Shown in pieces: positions 1 through 10,216 of a DNA stretch of 64,000 bases. How positions within the stretch are numbered: position 1 is the first letter of the stretch; each line of letters opens with the position of its first letter. Both the position numbers and the translations under genes were made by a program. The DNA comes from Nostoc sp. (lineage in GTDB: Bacteria > Cyanobacteriota > Cyanobacteriia > Cyanobacteriales > Nostocaceae). Location of the stretch: the NCBI GenBank assembly GCA_036918135.1, contig JBALDB010000051.1, positions 1-64,000 of the forward strand, written 5' to 3'. The notes under the pieces were generated by a model. The model had not been told where the DNA came from, ran no database searches, and saw nothing but the letters and a program-made list of their open reading frames with translations.

Positions 1-283
1 ATGATTTGTTCGGCTCTTTTGATGAGAATACACAACTGCTGTTTGAGGATGTAGCTATTTATGACTCCACCTACATTCAGGTAGAGATTACAGATGATGT
101 AGTCGGCGAACTATCAACTCCAGAAACTTCAGAATTTCTCCAACCACAGCCAGATGATTTGTTCGGCTCTTTTGATGAGAATACACAACTGCTGTTTGAG
201 GATGTAGCTATTTATGACTCCACCTACATTCAGGTAGAGATTACAGATAATGTGGTAAGCGAACTATCGACTCCAGAAACTTC
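1..283 (+). repeat. 153-bp period in-frame tandem duplication inside the cheA linker
   Basis: 1-130 recurs almost identically at 154-283 (DDLFGSFDENTQLLFEDVAIYDSTYIQVEITD...ELSTPETS twice). Confidence 0.95.
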
Positions 284-2855
284 CACTTCATCGCAAACAA
301 ATCCAGAAGTTTCAAATACTGAAAATTATAATTTAGAAACGGCTTTAGAGTTCGCAGATAATACAGATCTTGAAAGTGTAGAACTGAGTTTAGCGAATGA
401 TTTATTGTTGACGGAAATTCCTTTACTAGAATTAAAAGAAAATGCACTTAGTGCTGAATTATCAACTGTAAATGAATTTACACAAACGAATATTCAAGTA
501 ACTGTAGAAACAGATGAAAATCTAGAACAAAATTTTGCAACTGCACCAGTATCAGAGTCAGAAAATACTGTTGCCGTAACTGAAGAATTAACAGTCACAG
601 AAACTATTGAAGTAGTTACTCTAGAAGATGACTTTGCAAACTTAGAAGCATTACTAAAAGAGGAAGTACCACCTGCCAAAGCTAAGGAGATACCAGAAGT
701 AGATTTTGCTGCCCTAGAAGAATTGCTAGGTACAGATAACAATCAAGCTGCCCTATCTAGCGCCCAGCCCTCAACTCAACCAATCTCAGCCAAAAATGCT
801 GCTCCCTCACCACGCATAGATGAATTTAGCGACTTGGAGAAGTTGCTGGCAGAAGCGGATCAAACAATATCACACTCGGCACTGGCAAAATCGAATACAA
901 ATAAAACTCCACGTCCCTTTAGTCGTCGTGCTGCGAGATTTGAAGAAACAATGAAGGTTCCAGTGAAGCAACTGGACGATATGAGTAATTTAGTTGGCGA
1001 GTTGGTGGTAAATCGCAACACCTTAGAGCAGGATCACGAACGGCTGCGACAATCATTAGACAACTTGCTGATTCAGGTACAACAACTCTCGGATGTGGGA
1101 GCGAGGATGCAAGAGTTGTACGAGCGTTCGCTCCTAGAAGCTTCTCTGTTAGCCGGACGCAAAGCCAAAGACTCTGGCTTTGATTCCCAAGACTCTAATT
1201 CCGACAGAGGTTTTAGCGAGCTAGAAATGGATCGCTTTACTCCTTTCCATACACTGTCCCAGCAAATGATTGAGCGCATTGTCCGGGTGCGTGAGTCGGC
1301 TAGTGACATTGATTTTGTCACCGAAGAAACCGAACGAGTAGCACGGCAATTTCGCCAAGTAACCACTCAGCTACAAGAGGGATTGACAAGAGCCCGAATG
1401 GTGCCTTTTGCCCAAACTATCGATCGCTGGCGGCGGGGTGTGCGCGACAATGCCATCAAGTGTGGCAAGCAAGTAGAGTTGGTAATTGAAGGTGGCGATA
1501 CTTTAATTGACAAGATGATTTTAGATCATCTCACCGATCCGCTAACACACATGCTCAATAATGCGATCGCTCACGGTATTGAAACACCAGAACAAAGGCA
1601 AGCTGTTGGTAAGCCACCCGTGGGAATTATTACTATCCGTGCCTTCCACCAAGGTAACCAAACTGTGATTTCTGTGGGCGATGACGGTGCAGGTATCGAG
1701 CCAGCACGGGTTAAAGCTAAGGCAGTCAAAATTGGCATGATTACAGAAGCTCAGGCAAAAACCATGTCTCGCCTAGAAGTCTACGACCTACTATTCCAGT
1801 CTGGTTTTAGCATCAAAGACCAAGCAGACGAAATTTCTGGTAGGGGTGTGGGTATGGATGTAGTGCGTTCGGCGATTAGCGAAATTCGCGGCACGGTAAA
1901 TACCGATTCTGCAATTGGCAAAGGAACTACTTTCACCATTCGTTTGCCACTGACTTTGAGTATTTGTAAAGCTCTGTGTTGTGTCTCCGATAGAGCCAGA
2001 GTTGCCTTCCCGATGGACGGTGTAGAAGATACCCTCGATATCCCAGTCAAAAATATTCAGCATAACGCCAATGGGCAATCATTTATTTCTTGGCGCGATA
2101 CTCTGCTGCCATTCCGACCTTTGAAGGAACTTTTAACCTTTAATCGCCAAATTAGTCGCGGTAATGTGTATGGCGGTAACCGAGATGATGATATGGTTTC
2201 TGTGGTTGTGGTGCGATCGGCAAATACTCTGATTGCCTTACAGATTGACTTGGTGTTGAGCGAACAAGAAATTGTAATTAAGCAATTTGAAGGCCCGGCA
2301 CCTAAACCCATAGGCGTAGCAGGTGCTACAGTTCTTGGTGATGGTCGGATTATGCCCATTGCCGACGTGCTAGAAATTATTGACATCTTCCAAGGACGAA
2401 TTTCTACACAAGTTGGTAGCAGTTCTTGGCAACAAAAAGCTACTCCTACAGACACCCCCGCTACCAAGATTGACCCAACAGTGCTAATTGTCGATGACTC
2501 GATTACAGTCCGAGAATTGCTTTCTCTAACATTCAACAAGGCAGGTTATCGCGTAGAACAGGCGCGTGATGGTCAAGAAGCTTGGGATAAACTACGCTCT
2601 GGTTTGCCTTGTGATATCGTATTTTGCGACATCGAAATGCCCCGTTGCGATGGTCTGGAGTTACTCTCTCGCATCCAGAAAGACTCTAACCTCAACCACT
2701 TACCGATTGCAATGCTTACCTCACGAGGTGCAGACAAGCACAGACAAATGGCAGTTCAACTCGGTGCAAGTGGCTACTTTACCAAGCCTTATCTTGAAGA
2801 AGCGCTACTGGAAGCTGCGGGGCGGATGGTCAAAGGAGAGAAACTTGTTAGCTGA
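1..2855 (+). CDS. cheA: CheA-like hybrid chemotaxis histidine kinase (HATPase-CheW-REC), 5'-truncated by the window edge; probably PilL/HmpE type
   Basis: N box (HMLNNAIAHG), DDGAG, GFS...SGRGVGMDVV, GKGTTF, a CheW domain and a C-terminal receiver (IVDDS...DIEMP...KP); acidic linker at the N-terminus. Confidence 0.9.
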   Translation, partial: DLFGSFDENTQLLFEDVAIYDSTYIQVEITDDVVGELSTPETSEFLQPQPDDLFGSFDENTQLLFEDVAIYDSTYIQVEITDNVVSELSTPETSTSSQTNPEVSNTENYNLETALEFADNTDLESVELSLANDLLLTEIPLLELKENALSAELSTVNEFTQTNIQVTVETDENLEQNFATAPVSESENTVAVTEELTVTETIEVVTLEDDFANLEALLKEEVPPAKAKEIPEVDFAALEELLGTDNNQAALSSAQPSTQPISAKNAAPSPRIDEFSDLEKLLAEADQTISHSALAKSNTNKTPRPFSRRAARFEETMKVPVKQLDDMSNLVGELVVNRNTLEQDHERLRQSLDNLLIQVQQLSDVGARMQELYERSLLEASLLAGRKAKDSGFDSQDSNSDRGFSELEMDRFTPFHTLSQQMIERIVRVRESASDIDFVTEETERVARQFRQVTTQLQEGLTRARMVPFAQTIDRWRRGVRDNAIKCGKQVELVIEGGDTLIDKMILDHLTDPLTHMLNNAIAHGIETPEQRQAVGKPPVGIITIRAFHQGNQTVISVGDDGAGIEPARVKAKAVKIGMITEAQAKTMSRLEVYDLLFQSGFSIKDQADEISGRGVGMDVVRSAISEIRGTVNTDSAIGKGTTFTIRLPLTLSICKALCCVSDRARVAFPMDGVEDTLDIPVKNIQHNANGQSFISWRDTLLPFRPLKELLTFNRQISRGNVYGGNRDDDMVSVVVVRSANTLIALQIDLVLSEQEIVIKQFEGPAPKPIGVAGATVLGDGRIMPIADVLEIIDIFQGRISTQVGSSSWQQKATPTDTPATKIDPTVLIVDDSITVRELLSLTFNKAGYRVEQARDGQEAWDKLRSGLPCDIVFCDIEMPRCDGLELLSRIQKDSNLNHLPIAMLTSRGADKHRQMAVQLGASGYFTKPYLEEALLEAAGRMVKGEKLVS

Positions 2856-2917
2856 ACTAACTAGACTCGAATATTACGGCACCTCTGATTAAAGATAGCG
2901 AAAATAAACATTTTGCT

Positions 2918-2969
2918 GTAACGCACCGAGATTAATGGTGCGTTACGCTACGCTTTAATGCACTTTACA
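2918..2969. repeat. REP/SDR-like palindromic dispersed repeat
   Basis: GTAACGCACC-gagattaat-GGTGCGTTAC hairpin; related sequence at 62913-63027 and 63061-63110. Confidence 0.7.
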
Positions 2970-3194
2970 AAAGGAAATTGTTCGGCGTTGATTCTCCTAC
3001 GCAAAGTTTCCTTCTTTTGCTAGGTGTAAGCTTGTGTTATTATTAATTCTCGTGAGCCTGATTGTACTGTATCTTGATTGGTAAGCTTTGGCTACGATTC
3101 GGTATGTTTAGTAGCAGACCATAAAGCATTAATATAGGTATGTAAAAATCCGCGTTAAGGTTTAGTTTGCCAGGAAGTGTCAAGGTATTAAGTT

Positions 3195-3229
3195 TTGCTT
3201 TTAATCCAATTTAGTAGTACTATTGTTCT
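3195..3229 (+). promoter_or_regulatory. Sigma70-like promoter overlapped by a cyanobacterial LexA box
   Basis: TTGCTT(3195-3200)-N17-TACTAT(3218-3223); AGTACTATTGTTCT (3216-3229) matches RGTACNNNDGTWCB. Confidence 0.6.
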
Positions 3230-3252
3230 ATAGGTGAAAATAGCACGTATTC

Positions 3253-3281
3253 GCCCCGGCTTCTGACGGGGCTTTTTATTT
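3253..3281 (+). terminator. Intrinsic terminator
   Basis: GCCCCG-gcttctga-CGGGGC followed by TTTTTATTT. Confidence 0.8.
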
Positions 3282-3314
3282 GAGAACGATTATAATTTTT
3301 GTTAGCCCTGTGAT

Positions 3315-3785
3315 TTATCTAAAAATTGGTTGGAGATTTAAAATAAAACCTGGAAGAACATCTTCACTAAATAAACTTATGGGGAATTGTAAAACTTCAG
3401 GTGCTCGATCAGGGTGATAAATTTCTACTTGTTTATTTTTAGAATTAATTTACCAACCCAGTTGTAAGCCATTTGTTAAGTATTCGTGCATCTTAGCTTG
3501 AGCATCTTCCAAATCGTCAGTTTCAGAAATTAATTCTACGGCAAAATCTGGATACAAAGGGAGAAATTTCTTGCTTTGTTGTAACGTCAGAGTATTTTAT
3601 CTTTCTATCTTTATCCAAGAATGATTAGGGGAACGAGTTGCACCATTAGGAAGTTTAAAACCAGTGGAAGAATCAAAAGCTTTACCTAAATTATTTTTGC
3701 TGTTCCAAAACCACAGTTGTCCTAATAAATCAAAATTACGATTACCTGTTTCTCCTCCTGTAGGTGGCCTTAGTATATACTCCAA
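3315..3785 (-). pseudogene. Uma2-family endonuclease pseudogene
   Basis: One frame reads PPTGGETGNRN...FDSSTGFKLPNGATRSP..WIKIER*NTLT...PDFAVELISETDD...QLGW*INSKNKQVEIY...EDVLPGFILNL; in-frame stops at 3597-3599 and 3450-3452; N-terminus missing. Confidence 0.85.
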
Positions 3786-3836
3786 ATCTTGGGTCTATCT
3801 TTGTAATATCTAAAATAGTACTTTTAACCTGATATT

Positions 3837-5903
3837 ATGTCATCTAAAAAATCCCTCACTTACCCATCCAGCCATAAGAGCAATCAAGTCGATAACTACC
3901 ACGGTACTTTAGTTACAGATACTTACCGTTGGTTGGAAGATCCTGACTCCCAAGAAACAAGGACTTGGATTGAGTCACAAAATCAAGTCACTTTTGGCTA
4001 CTTAAGTGAAATTTCTGCTAGAGAAAAAATTAAAAAACGCCTGACTAAACTTTGGGATTATGAAAAATACGGTATCCCCTTTAAAGAAGGTGAGCAATAC
4101 TTTTATTTCAAAAATGATGGGCTGCAAAATCAAAGTGTCCTTTACACTCTGAAATCTCTTGATGCTGAACCTAGAGTTTTACTCGATTCCAATAAACTCT
4201 CAGAAGATGGTACTGTTGCGCTTTCCGGGTTGTCCATTAGTGAGGATGGTAAACTTTTAGCATACGGTATATCCACATCTGGTTCTGATTGGCAAGAGTG
4301 GAAAGTCCGGGATATCGAAACTGGAGAAGACCTAGAAGACCACTTGCAGTGGATTAAATTTTCTGGTGCATCTTGGACACACGATCGCCAAGGTTTTTTC
4401 TACAGTCGCTACGATGAACCAAATGAAAAAACTCAATTAGAAGATGTTAATTATTATCAAAAACTCTACTATCATCAACTAGGTAAATCTCAATCAGAAG
4501 ATGTACTAATTTATCATCGTCCTGACCAAAAAGAATGGGGTTTTAGTGGCGGTGTTACTGAAGATGGACGCTATCTGATAATTTCAGTTTGGCTGGGAAC
4601 TGATTCCAAAAATTTAGTTTTCTACAAAGACTTGACTAGTCCTGATACTGAAGTTGTAGAGCTAATTAACCAGTTTGAAGCTGATTATAGCTTAATTGAT
4701 AATGATGGCAGTGTCTTTTATTTTCGTACAGATTTAAATGCACCACGAGGTAGATTAATTGCTATTGATACAAAAAAACCTACTTCAGAAAATTGGCAAG
4801 AAATTATTCCCCAGTCAGCAGAAACTCTGGAAAGTGTTGGAATACTCAATAACCAATTTGTTGTTGATTATTTGAAAGATGCTCATACCCAAATCAAAAT
4901 TTTTGACCTCAAGGGTGAATTTATCCGCGAGGTAGAATTACCTGGACTTGGTTCAGCAGGTGGCTTTGGTGGTAAGCGTGATGATACTGAAACTTTTTAT
5001 AGTTTTACCAGCTTTACCATACCAGGGACTATCTATCGCTACAATATGGTAACGGGAAAAAGTGAGGTTTTTCGAGAGCCAAAGGTAGATTTTAATCCTG
5101 ATGATTACGAGACAAAACAAGTCTTTTATCAGAGCAAAGATGGTACTAGAGTACCGATGTTTATCACTCACAAAAAAGGCATTAAATTGGACGGAAATAA
5201 CCCAACATATCTTTATGCTTATGGTGGTTTTAATGCCTCAATGACACCTGGTTTTTCTGTGAGTGTGTTGGTATGGATGGAAATGGGTGGTGTGTATGCA
5301 ATGCCGAATTTACGTGGTGGTGGCGAGTACGGTGAAGAATGGCATCAAGCAGGAATGAAGGAGAAAAAACAAAATGTCTTTGATGATTTTATTAGTGCAG
5401 CCGAGTGGTTAATTGCTAATAAGTATACTAAAACTGATAAGTTGGCGATCGCAGGTGGAAGTAACGGCGGCTTATTAGTCGGTGCTTGTATGACACAGCG
5501 TCCCGATTTGTTTGGTGCAGCTTTACCAGCAGTTGGCGTGATGGATATGTTGCGGTTCCACAAATTTACTATCGGCTGGGCTTGGACTTCAGAATATGGT
5601 TCGCCGGATAATCCAGAAGAATTTCCTGCACTCTATGCTTATTCACCATTGCACAATCTCAAACCAGATACAGCTTACCCCGCAACCTTGATTACCACAG
5701 CCGACCATGACGATCGCGTTGTCCCTGCTCACAGTTTCAAATTTGCCGCAGCTTTACAAGCAAATCACCTCGGTGACGCGCCAGTGTTAATTAGAATTGA
5801 GACTAAGGCAGGACATGGAGCAGGTAAACCCACAGCTAAAATTATCGAGGAAGCCGCTGATAAATGGGCTTTTTTGGTGCGTACTTTAAATGTTGAAGTC
5901 TAG
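3837..5903 (+). CDS. Prolyl oligopeptidase (S9A)
   Basis: YRWLEDPD N-terminus, beta-propeller, GGSNGG catalytic Ser, DHDDRV, AGHGAG. Confidence 0.95.
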   Translation: MSSKKSLTYPSSHKSNQVDNYHGTLVTDTYRWLEDPDSQETRTWIESQNQVTFGYLSEISAREKIKKRLTKLWDYEKYGIPFKEGEQYFYFKNDGLQNQSVLYTLKSLDAEPRVLLDSNKLSEDGTVALSGLSISEDGKLLAYGISTSGSDWQEWKVRDIETGEDLEDHLQWIKFSGASWTHDRQGFFYSRYDEPNEKTQLEDVNYYQKLYYHQLGKSQSEDVLIYHRPDQKEWGFSGGVTEDGRYLIISVWLGTDSKNLVFYKDLTSPDTEVVELINQFEADYSLIDNDGSVFYFRTDLNAPRGRLIAIDTKKPTSENWQEIIPQSAETLESVGILNNQFVVDYLKDAHTQIKIFDLKGEFIREVELPGLGSAGGFGGKRDDTETFYSFTSFTIPGTIYRYNMVTGKSEVFREPKVDFNPDDYETKQVFYQSKDGTRVPMFITHKKGIKLDGNNPTYLYAYGGFNASMTPGFSVSVLVWMEMGGVYAMPNLRGGGEYGEEWHQAGMKEKKQNVFDDFISAAEWLIANKYTKTDKLAIAGGSNGGLLVGACMTQRPDLFGAALPAVGVMDMLRFHKFTIGWAWTSEYGSPDNPEEFPALYAYSPLHNLKPDTAYPATLITTADHDDRVVPAHSFKFAAALQANHLGDAPVLIRIETKAGHGAGKPTAKIIEEAADKWAFLVRTLNVEV

Positions 5904-6513
5904 AAGAATACAATTTTAAAATAGAAGTCATAATTCAGAATTCAGAATGTAATCTGTGGGAATTTAGACTTGCCTTTTAGAAGCACCACAAATTTTTCAA
6001 ATTTGATGAAGTGTTTCACAGTTTATTCACCAGTTGTACTTAGGTAAATTCTGAATTATGACCACTAATTCCTTGGTTATTCTCGTTAAATTAATGATTA
6101 TAGGGAAATATTATCTATCAAATGGTTAAAAATTGGCAAGGATAAACAATGACAAAACTTACCTTGAAAAGTGAAGTAAATACAGTTTAATTGTTATGAG
6201 TTCAGGAAAAAATATTCTTTTAATTAAGGATAATCGCCCAAACTATTTATTTTAAAATTTATCTCCAAATTCTTTATTAACTATATTTCAATAGTGAATC
6301 AAAATTATTGTTATTTGATTCAAAATATTATCTATTTTATAAATAGCCTGATAGTTCCATTCATGAAATATAAGAACTTGATAGCTCACGTTTCAAAGTT
6401 TTTATATTAGGATGATTACGAGGCTCAATCTTTAAACGTTCAAAACAACGCTCTGATTTCTTTACAAAAGAAATTATATTTTATCAACTTGAATTTTTCA
6501 TTTCCCACTGCTT

Positions 6514-9324
6514 ATGAAGCCACGCGCATACATGCTTATCGGATTTTTGCTGAGTATTCTCCTAAGTTTAGTGCCGTTTTCAGGCAACTTTACCATTGGG
6601 GCAACACCAACAACCACCACACCCGTATCTGCACTCTCATTCACCCAAGGAGTGCAAAAAACGGTATTGGACAATGGTTTAACCGTGCTAACTAAAGAAG
6701 TCCATACCGCTCCCGTAGTTAGCGTGCAAGTTTGGTATAAAGTCGGTTCACGCAACGAGGTTAAGGGACAAAATGGTATTTCCCACCAGCTAGAACATTT
6801 GATGTTCAAAGGCACAACCGACCGTCCAGTGCAGTTTGGCAGGTTGTTTAGTGCCTTGGGTAGCCAGTTCAACGCCTTCACGAGTTATGACGAAACAGCC
6901 TATTTTGGCACAGTGCAGCGAGACAAACTCGAAGCATTGCTGACACTAGAAGCCGATCGCATGGAAAATGCTTTAATTGGGGCTGAGCAACTCACAAGTG
7001 AAAAGCGAGTAGTAATCTCTGAATTACAAGGGTACGAAAATTCACCTGAGTATCGTTTGAATCGGGAAGTCATACGAAATGCTTTCCCCAATCGAGCTTA
7101 TGGCTTACCAGTGGGAGGTACAAAAGCTGATGTCGAAAAATTCACGCTAGAACAGGTGCGGAATTATTACCAAACCTACTACAGCCCAGAAAATGCCACC
7201 TTGGTAATTACCGGGGATTTTGCCACAGAACCAGTATTGAAAGTTGTCAAAGAAACTTACGGGAAGTTGGCAAAAAGAGGACGCAGGGACACGGAGAGTT
7301 CATTAACAGCGTCTTCTTCCGTCCCTGGGTCAGTGCGTTCCCCACTCCCTGCGTCTTCCTCCGCTGTTAATCAAAAAGCACCCATTGTCCTCAAGCAACC
7401 TGGAAGTGCAGCGCTATTACAAGCAATGTATCCTCTGCCAGATATCAAGCATCCTGATGTCCCAGCGATTGATGTGATGGATGCCATCCTCACAGGTGGA
7501 CGGAGTTCTAGGCTTTACCAAGCTTTGGTAGAATCTGGACTCGCTAGTTCAGCTAGTGGCGGTGCTGCGGAACTGATCGAACCAGGTTGGTATGAAATTA
7601 ATGCTACAGCAGCTCCGGGTCAACAGTTAAGCAAAATTGCTCAGGTACTCCAGGAATCTTTGACAAAACTGCAACAGCAGCCAGTTACCCCAGAAGAATT
7701 AAGCCGAGCAAAGACGCAACTGCAAGCCTCATACATATTGGGTAACCAAGATATTACTAGTCAGGCCAACCAACTAGGATATAACCAAACTGTAGCGGGG
7801 GATTATCATTTTATTGAAAAGTATCTAGCTGCGATCGCTAAGGTTACTCCAGCCCAAATACAGCAAGCAGCTAAAACTTACCTGAATCCAGCTAAACAAA
7901 CCATTGGCTACTTTGAGCCGACTCAACCAGATGGTCAACCAGGAGCCTCTAGTGCTGGTTCTAGTCGCACTGTGGAGAATTTCAGCCCCGGTAAACCTGT
8001 AGATCCAGCAGAACTAGCTAAATATCTACCACCTGCCACATCAACTACAGATTCCACCAAACAATCGCTTCCAGAAGAGTTTACCTTAAATAATGGAATG
8101 CGGGTTCTGCTGTTAAGCGATCGCAACGTTCCTACTATTAATCTCAGCGGTAAAATTGACGCTGGTAGTGAGTTTGACGGTAATCAAAAAGCTGGATTAG
8201 CGAGTCTAACTGCAATCAACTTAATGAATGGAACGCAGACTAAAAATGCTCTCACTCTAGCAAAAACCTTAGAAGACCAAGGAGCCGGTTTGGACTTCGG
8301 TGCTAGCCGCGAAGGTGTAAACATCAGTGGTGAGGGCTTGTCAGCAAACCTGCCAATTTTGATTCAAACTCTGGCAGATGTTTTACAAAACGCGACTTTC
8401 CCCGCCGATCAGTTAGAACTGAGTCGCCAAAGGGCACTCACTGGCCTCAAAGTCCAGCTAGATGACCCCAGCGGTCTGGGACGACGAGTATTTCAACAGG
8501 CAATTTACCCGGAAAATCATCCATTTCACAGTTTTCCTACAGAAGAAAGTTTAAAAAGCATTACTCGTGATAATTTGCTTGGCTTTTACCAAACACATTA
8601 CCGACCGGATACCACAACAATCGCTTTAGTGGGAGACTTCCAGCCAGCTAAAGTCAAAGAATTGCTCAATCAAGTATTTGGTAAATGGCAAGCCACAGGT
8701 AAGCCGCCTGTTCTAAAAGTGCCGTCCGTAGCATTGCCGCAAACTTCGACACGTTTAAATAAGGTAATTCCTGGTAAGGCTGAGGCTGTGACCTACATCG
8801 GCTACAACGGCATTTCCAGGAAAGACCGACGTTTTTACGCAGCATTAGTGCTGAATCAAATTTTGGGTGGTGATACATTAGCAAGCCGCTTGGGTACGGA
8901 AGTGCGCGATCGCCAGGGTTTAACCTACGGTATCTACAGTGCTTTTGCTGCCGGAATTAATCCTGGCCCCTTCTTAATTCAAATGCAGACTGCTCCTGGA
9001 GATGCCCAAAAAGCGATCGTCAGTACTGTTGCTTTACTCAAACAATTACGCGAACAAGGAGTTACTGAAGCTGAATTCAATGCAGCAAAACGCTCAATTA
9101 CTAACAGCTACCCTGTGGATTTAGCCAATCCTAGTAATGTTTCTAGCATCATTTTGGACAATGCTACCTTAGGACTTCCACGTGCAGAAATTATCGAATT
9201 TCCCCAGCAAATTCAGGCAGTTACTATGACTCAAATCCAGCAAGTAATTCAAGATTTAATCAAGCCAGAAAATCTAGTAATTGTCACCGCTGGTCTTGGA
9301 GATACTGTGCCCAAAGGTAGATAA
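6514..9324 (+). CDS. M16 (pitrilysin-like) zinc peptidase with signal peptide
   Basis: HQLEH inverted zinc motif, NAFTSYD, two M16 halves. Confidence 0.92.
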   Translation: MKPRAYMLIGFLLSILLSLVPFSGNFTIGATPTTTTPVSALSFTQGVQKTVLDNGLTVLTKEVHTAPVVSVQVWYKVGSRNEVKGQNGISHQLEHLMFKGTTDRPVQFGRLFSALGSQFNAFTSYDETAYFGTVQRDKLEALLTLEADRMENALIGAEQLTSEKRVVISELQGYENSPEYRLNREVIRNAFPNRAYGLPVGGTKADVEKFTLEQVRNYYQTYYSPENATLVITGDFATEPVLKVVKETYGKLAKRGRRDTESSLTASSSVPGSVRSPLPASSSAVNQKAPIVLKQPGSAALLQAMYPLPDIKHPDVPAIDVMDAILTGGRSSRLYQALVESGLASSASGGAAELIEPGWYEINATAAPGQQLSKIAQVLQESLTKLQQQPVTPEELSRAKTQLQASYILGNQDITSQANQLGYNQTVAGDYHFIEKYLAAIAKVTPAQIQQAAKTYLNPAKQTIGYFEPTQPDGQPGASSAGSSRTVENFSPGKPVDPAELAKYLPPATSTTDSTKQSLPEEFTLNNGMRVLLLSDRNVPTINLSGKIDAGSEFDGNQKAGLASLTAINLMNGTQTKNALTLAKTLEDQGAGLDFGASREGVNISGEGLSANLPILIQTLADVLQNATFPADQLELSRQRALTGLKVQLDDPSGLGRRVFQQAIYPENHPFHSFPTEESLKSITRDNLLGFYQTHYRPDTTTIALVGDFQPAKVKELLNQVFGKWQATGKPPVLKVPSVALPQTSTRLNKVIPGKAEAVTYIGYNGISRKDRRFYAALVLNQILGGDTLASRLGTEVRDRQGLTYGIYSAFAAGINPGPFLIQMQTAPGDAQKAIVSTVALLKQLREQGVTEAEFNAAKRSITNSYPVDLANPSNVSSIILDNATLGLPRAEIIEFPQQIQAVTMTQIQQVIQDLIKPENLVIVTAGLGDTVPKGR

Positions 9325-9385
9325 AACAGTTAGGAAGTGCGGAGTGCTTAAATAGCCCGATTACCCTACTGGACTTTAGTCTTAG

Positions 9386-9417
9386 CTCTCCCCATGTTTT
9401 TATCTAACAGGGGAGAG
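9386..9417. terminator. Hairpin between convergent genes
   Basis: CTCTCCCC...GGGGAGAG perfect 8-bp stem followed by a T-rich run. Confidence 0.5.
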
Positions 9418-9604
9418 TTTATTTTAAAAAGTTAAAATTCAGAATTTATCTGAAGTTTAATATAATTCGTATCTTCATTTATTACATTTTATGTTGAATT
9501 ATTACACTTTTAAGTTGCACAGTCACTTCCTAAGTTTGTTGGACTTTAACAGTTAACAATTAATAGAAAAAGATATACAAGTTAAATCCAAGGACAGCTG
9601 ATAA

Positions 9605-10213
9605 CTATTCTTCTTTCTTGTCTTCAACATTAGTTATTTTGGGATTTTGCATGAGAATATAGTTTTGTGGATTTTGGTGTTCTTCTTTCTTTTCTTGTAC
9701 AACTTGAGTGGCATATACTTCCACATCTCGCTGAATAATATCTTCTACTTGACCTGCAAAAAAATTAAAAGCCTGTTCGTGAGTTGTATAATTCCGATAA
9801 GGGCCTGTCAACTGAGAAAATTGCCATCCTTGGGTTTTCAAAGATTCCACCGTGCGGCGATAGTGTCGCCAGCGTTCTCCATAGTGAAAAAATTCTTCAA
9901 TGGCAGCACTAATAGCAACTAATTGACTGAGCGCAAAAGTTGAGCCAATAATTAAATTTCTGGGAATCTTAATTTCAGTAGTACTAATATTTAGACTGAC
10001 TAATGCCGGGAGAATTACACCACCAATAATGGTTGTTAACCGCCAAAAATAATAGCGATCGCGTGTCAAATTCGCCTTACCTTCCATCCAAAGTACTTGC
10101 TCTAACCAGCGCGATCGCAAAAAATGTCTTTGCCCGTCGCCCAAGTTCATGCCTGCAAATAATTTGTTAAAATCTTCCTTTAAAAATTCTTGATAACTAT
10201 CTTTTTTTGCCAT
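9605..10213 (-). CDS. DUF4231 / SLATT-type two-TM protein
   Basis: RWLEQVLWME..., two hydrophobic helices, then EEFFHYGERWRHYRRTVESLK. Confidence 0.8.
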   Translation of the reverse strand: MAKKDSYQEFLKEDFNKLFAGMNLGDGQRHFLRSRWLEQVLWMEGKANLTRDRYYFWRLTTIIGGVILPALVSLNISTTEIKIPRNLIIGSTFALSQLVAISAAIEEFFHYGERWRHYRRTVESLKTQGWQFSQLTGPYRNYTTHEQAFNFFAGQVEDIIQRDVEVYATQVVQEKKEEHQNPQNYILMQNPKITNVEDKKEE

Positions 10214-10216
10214 TAT

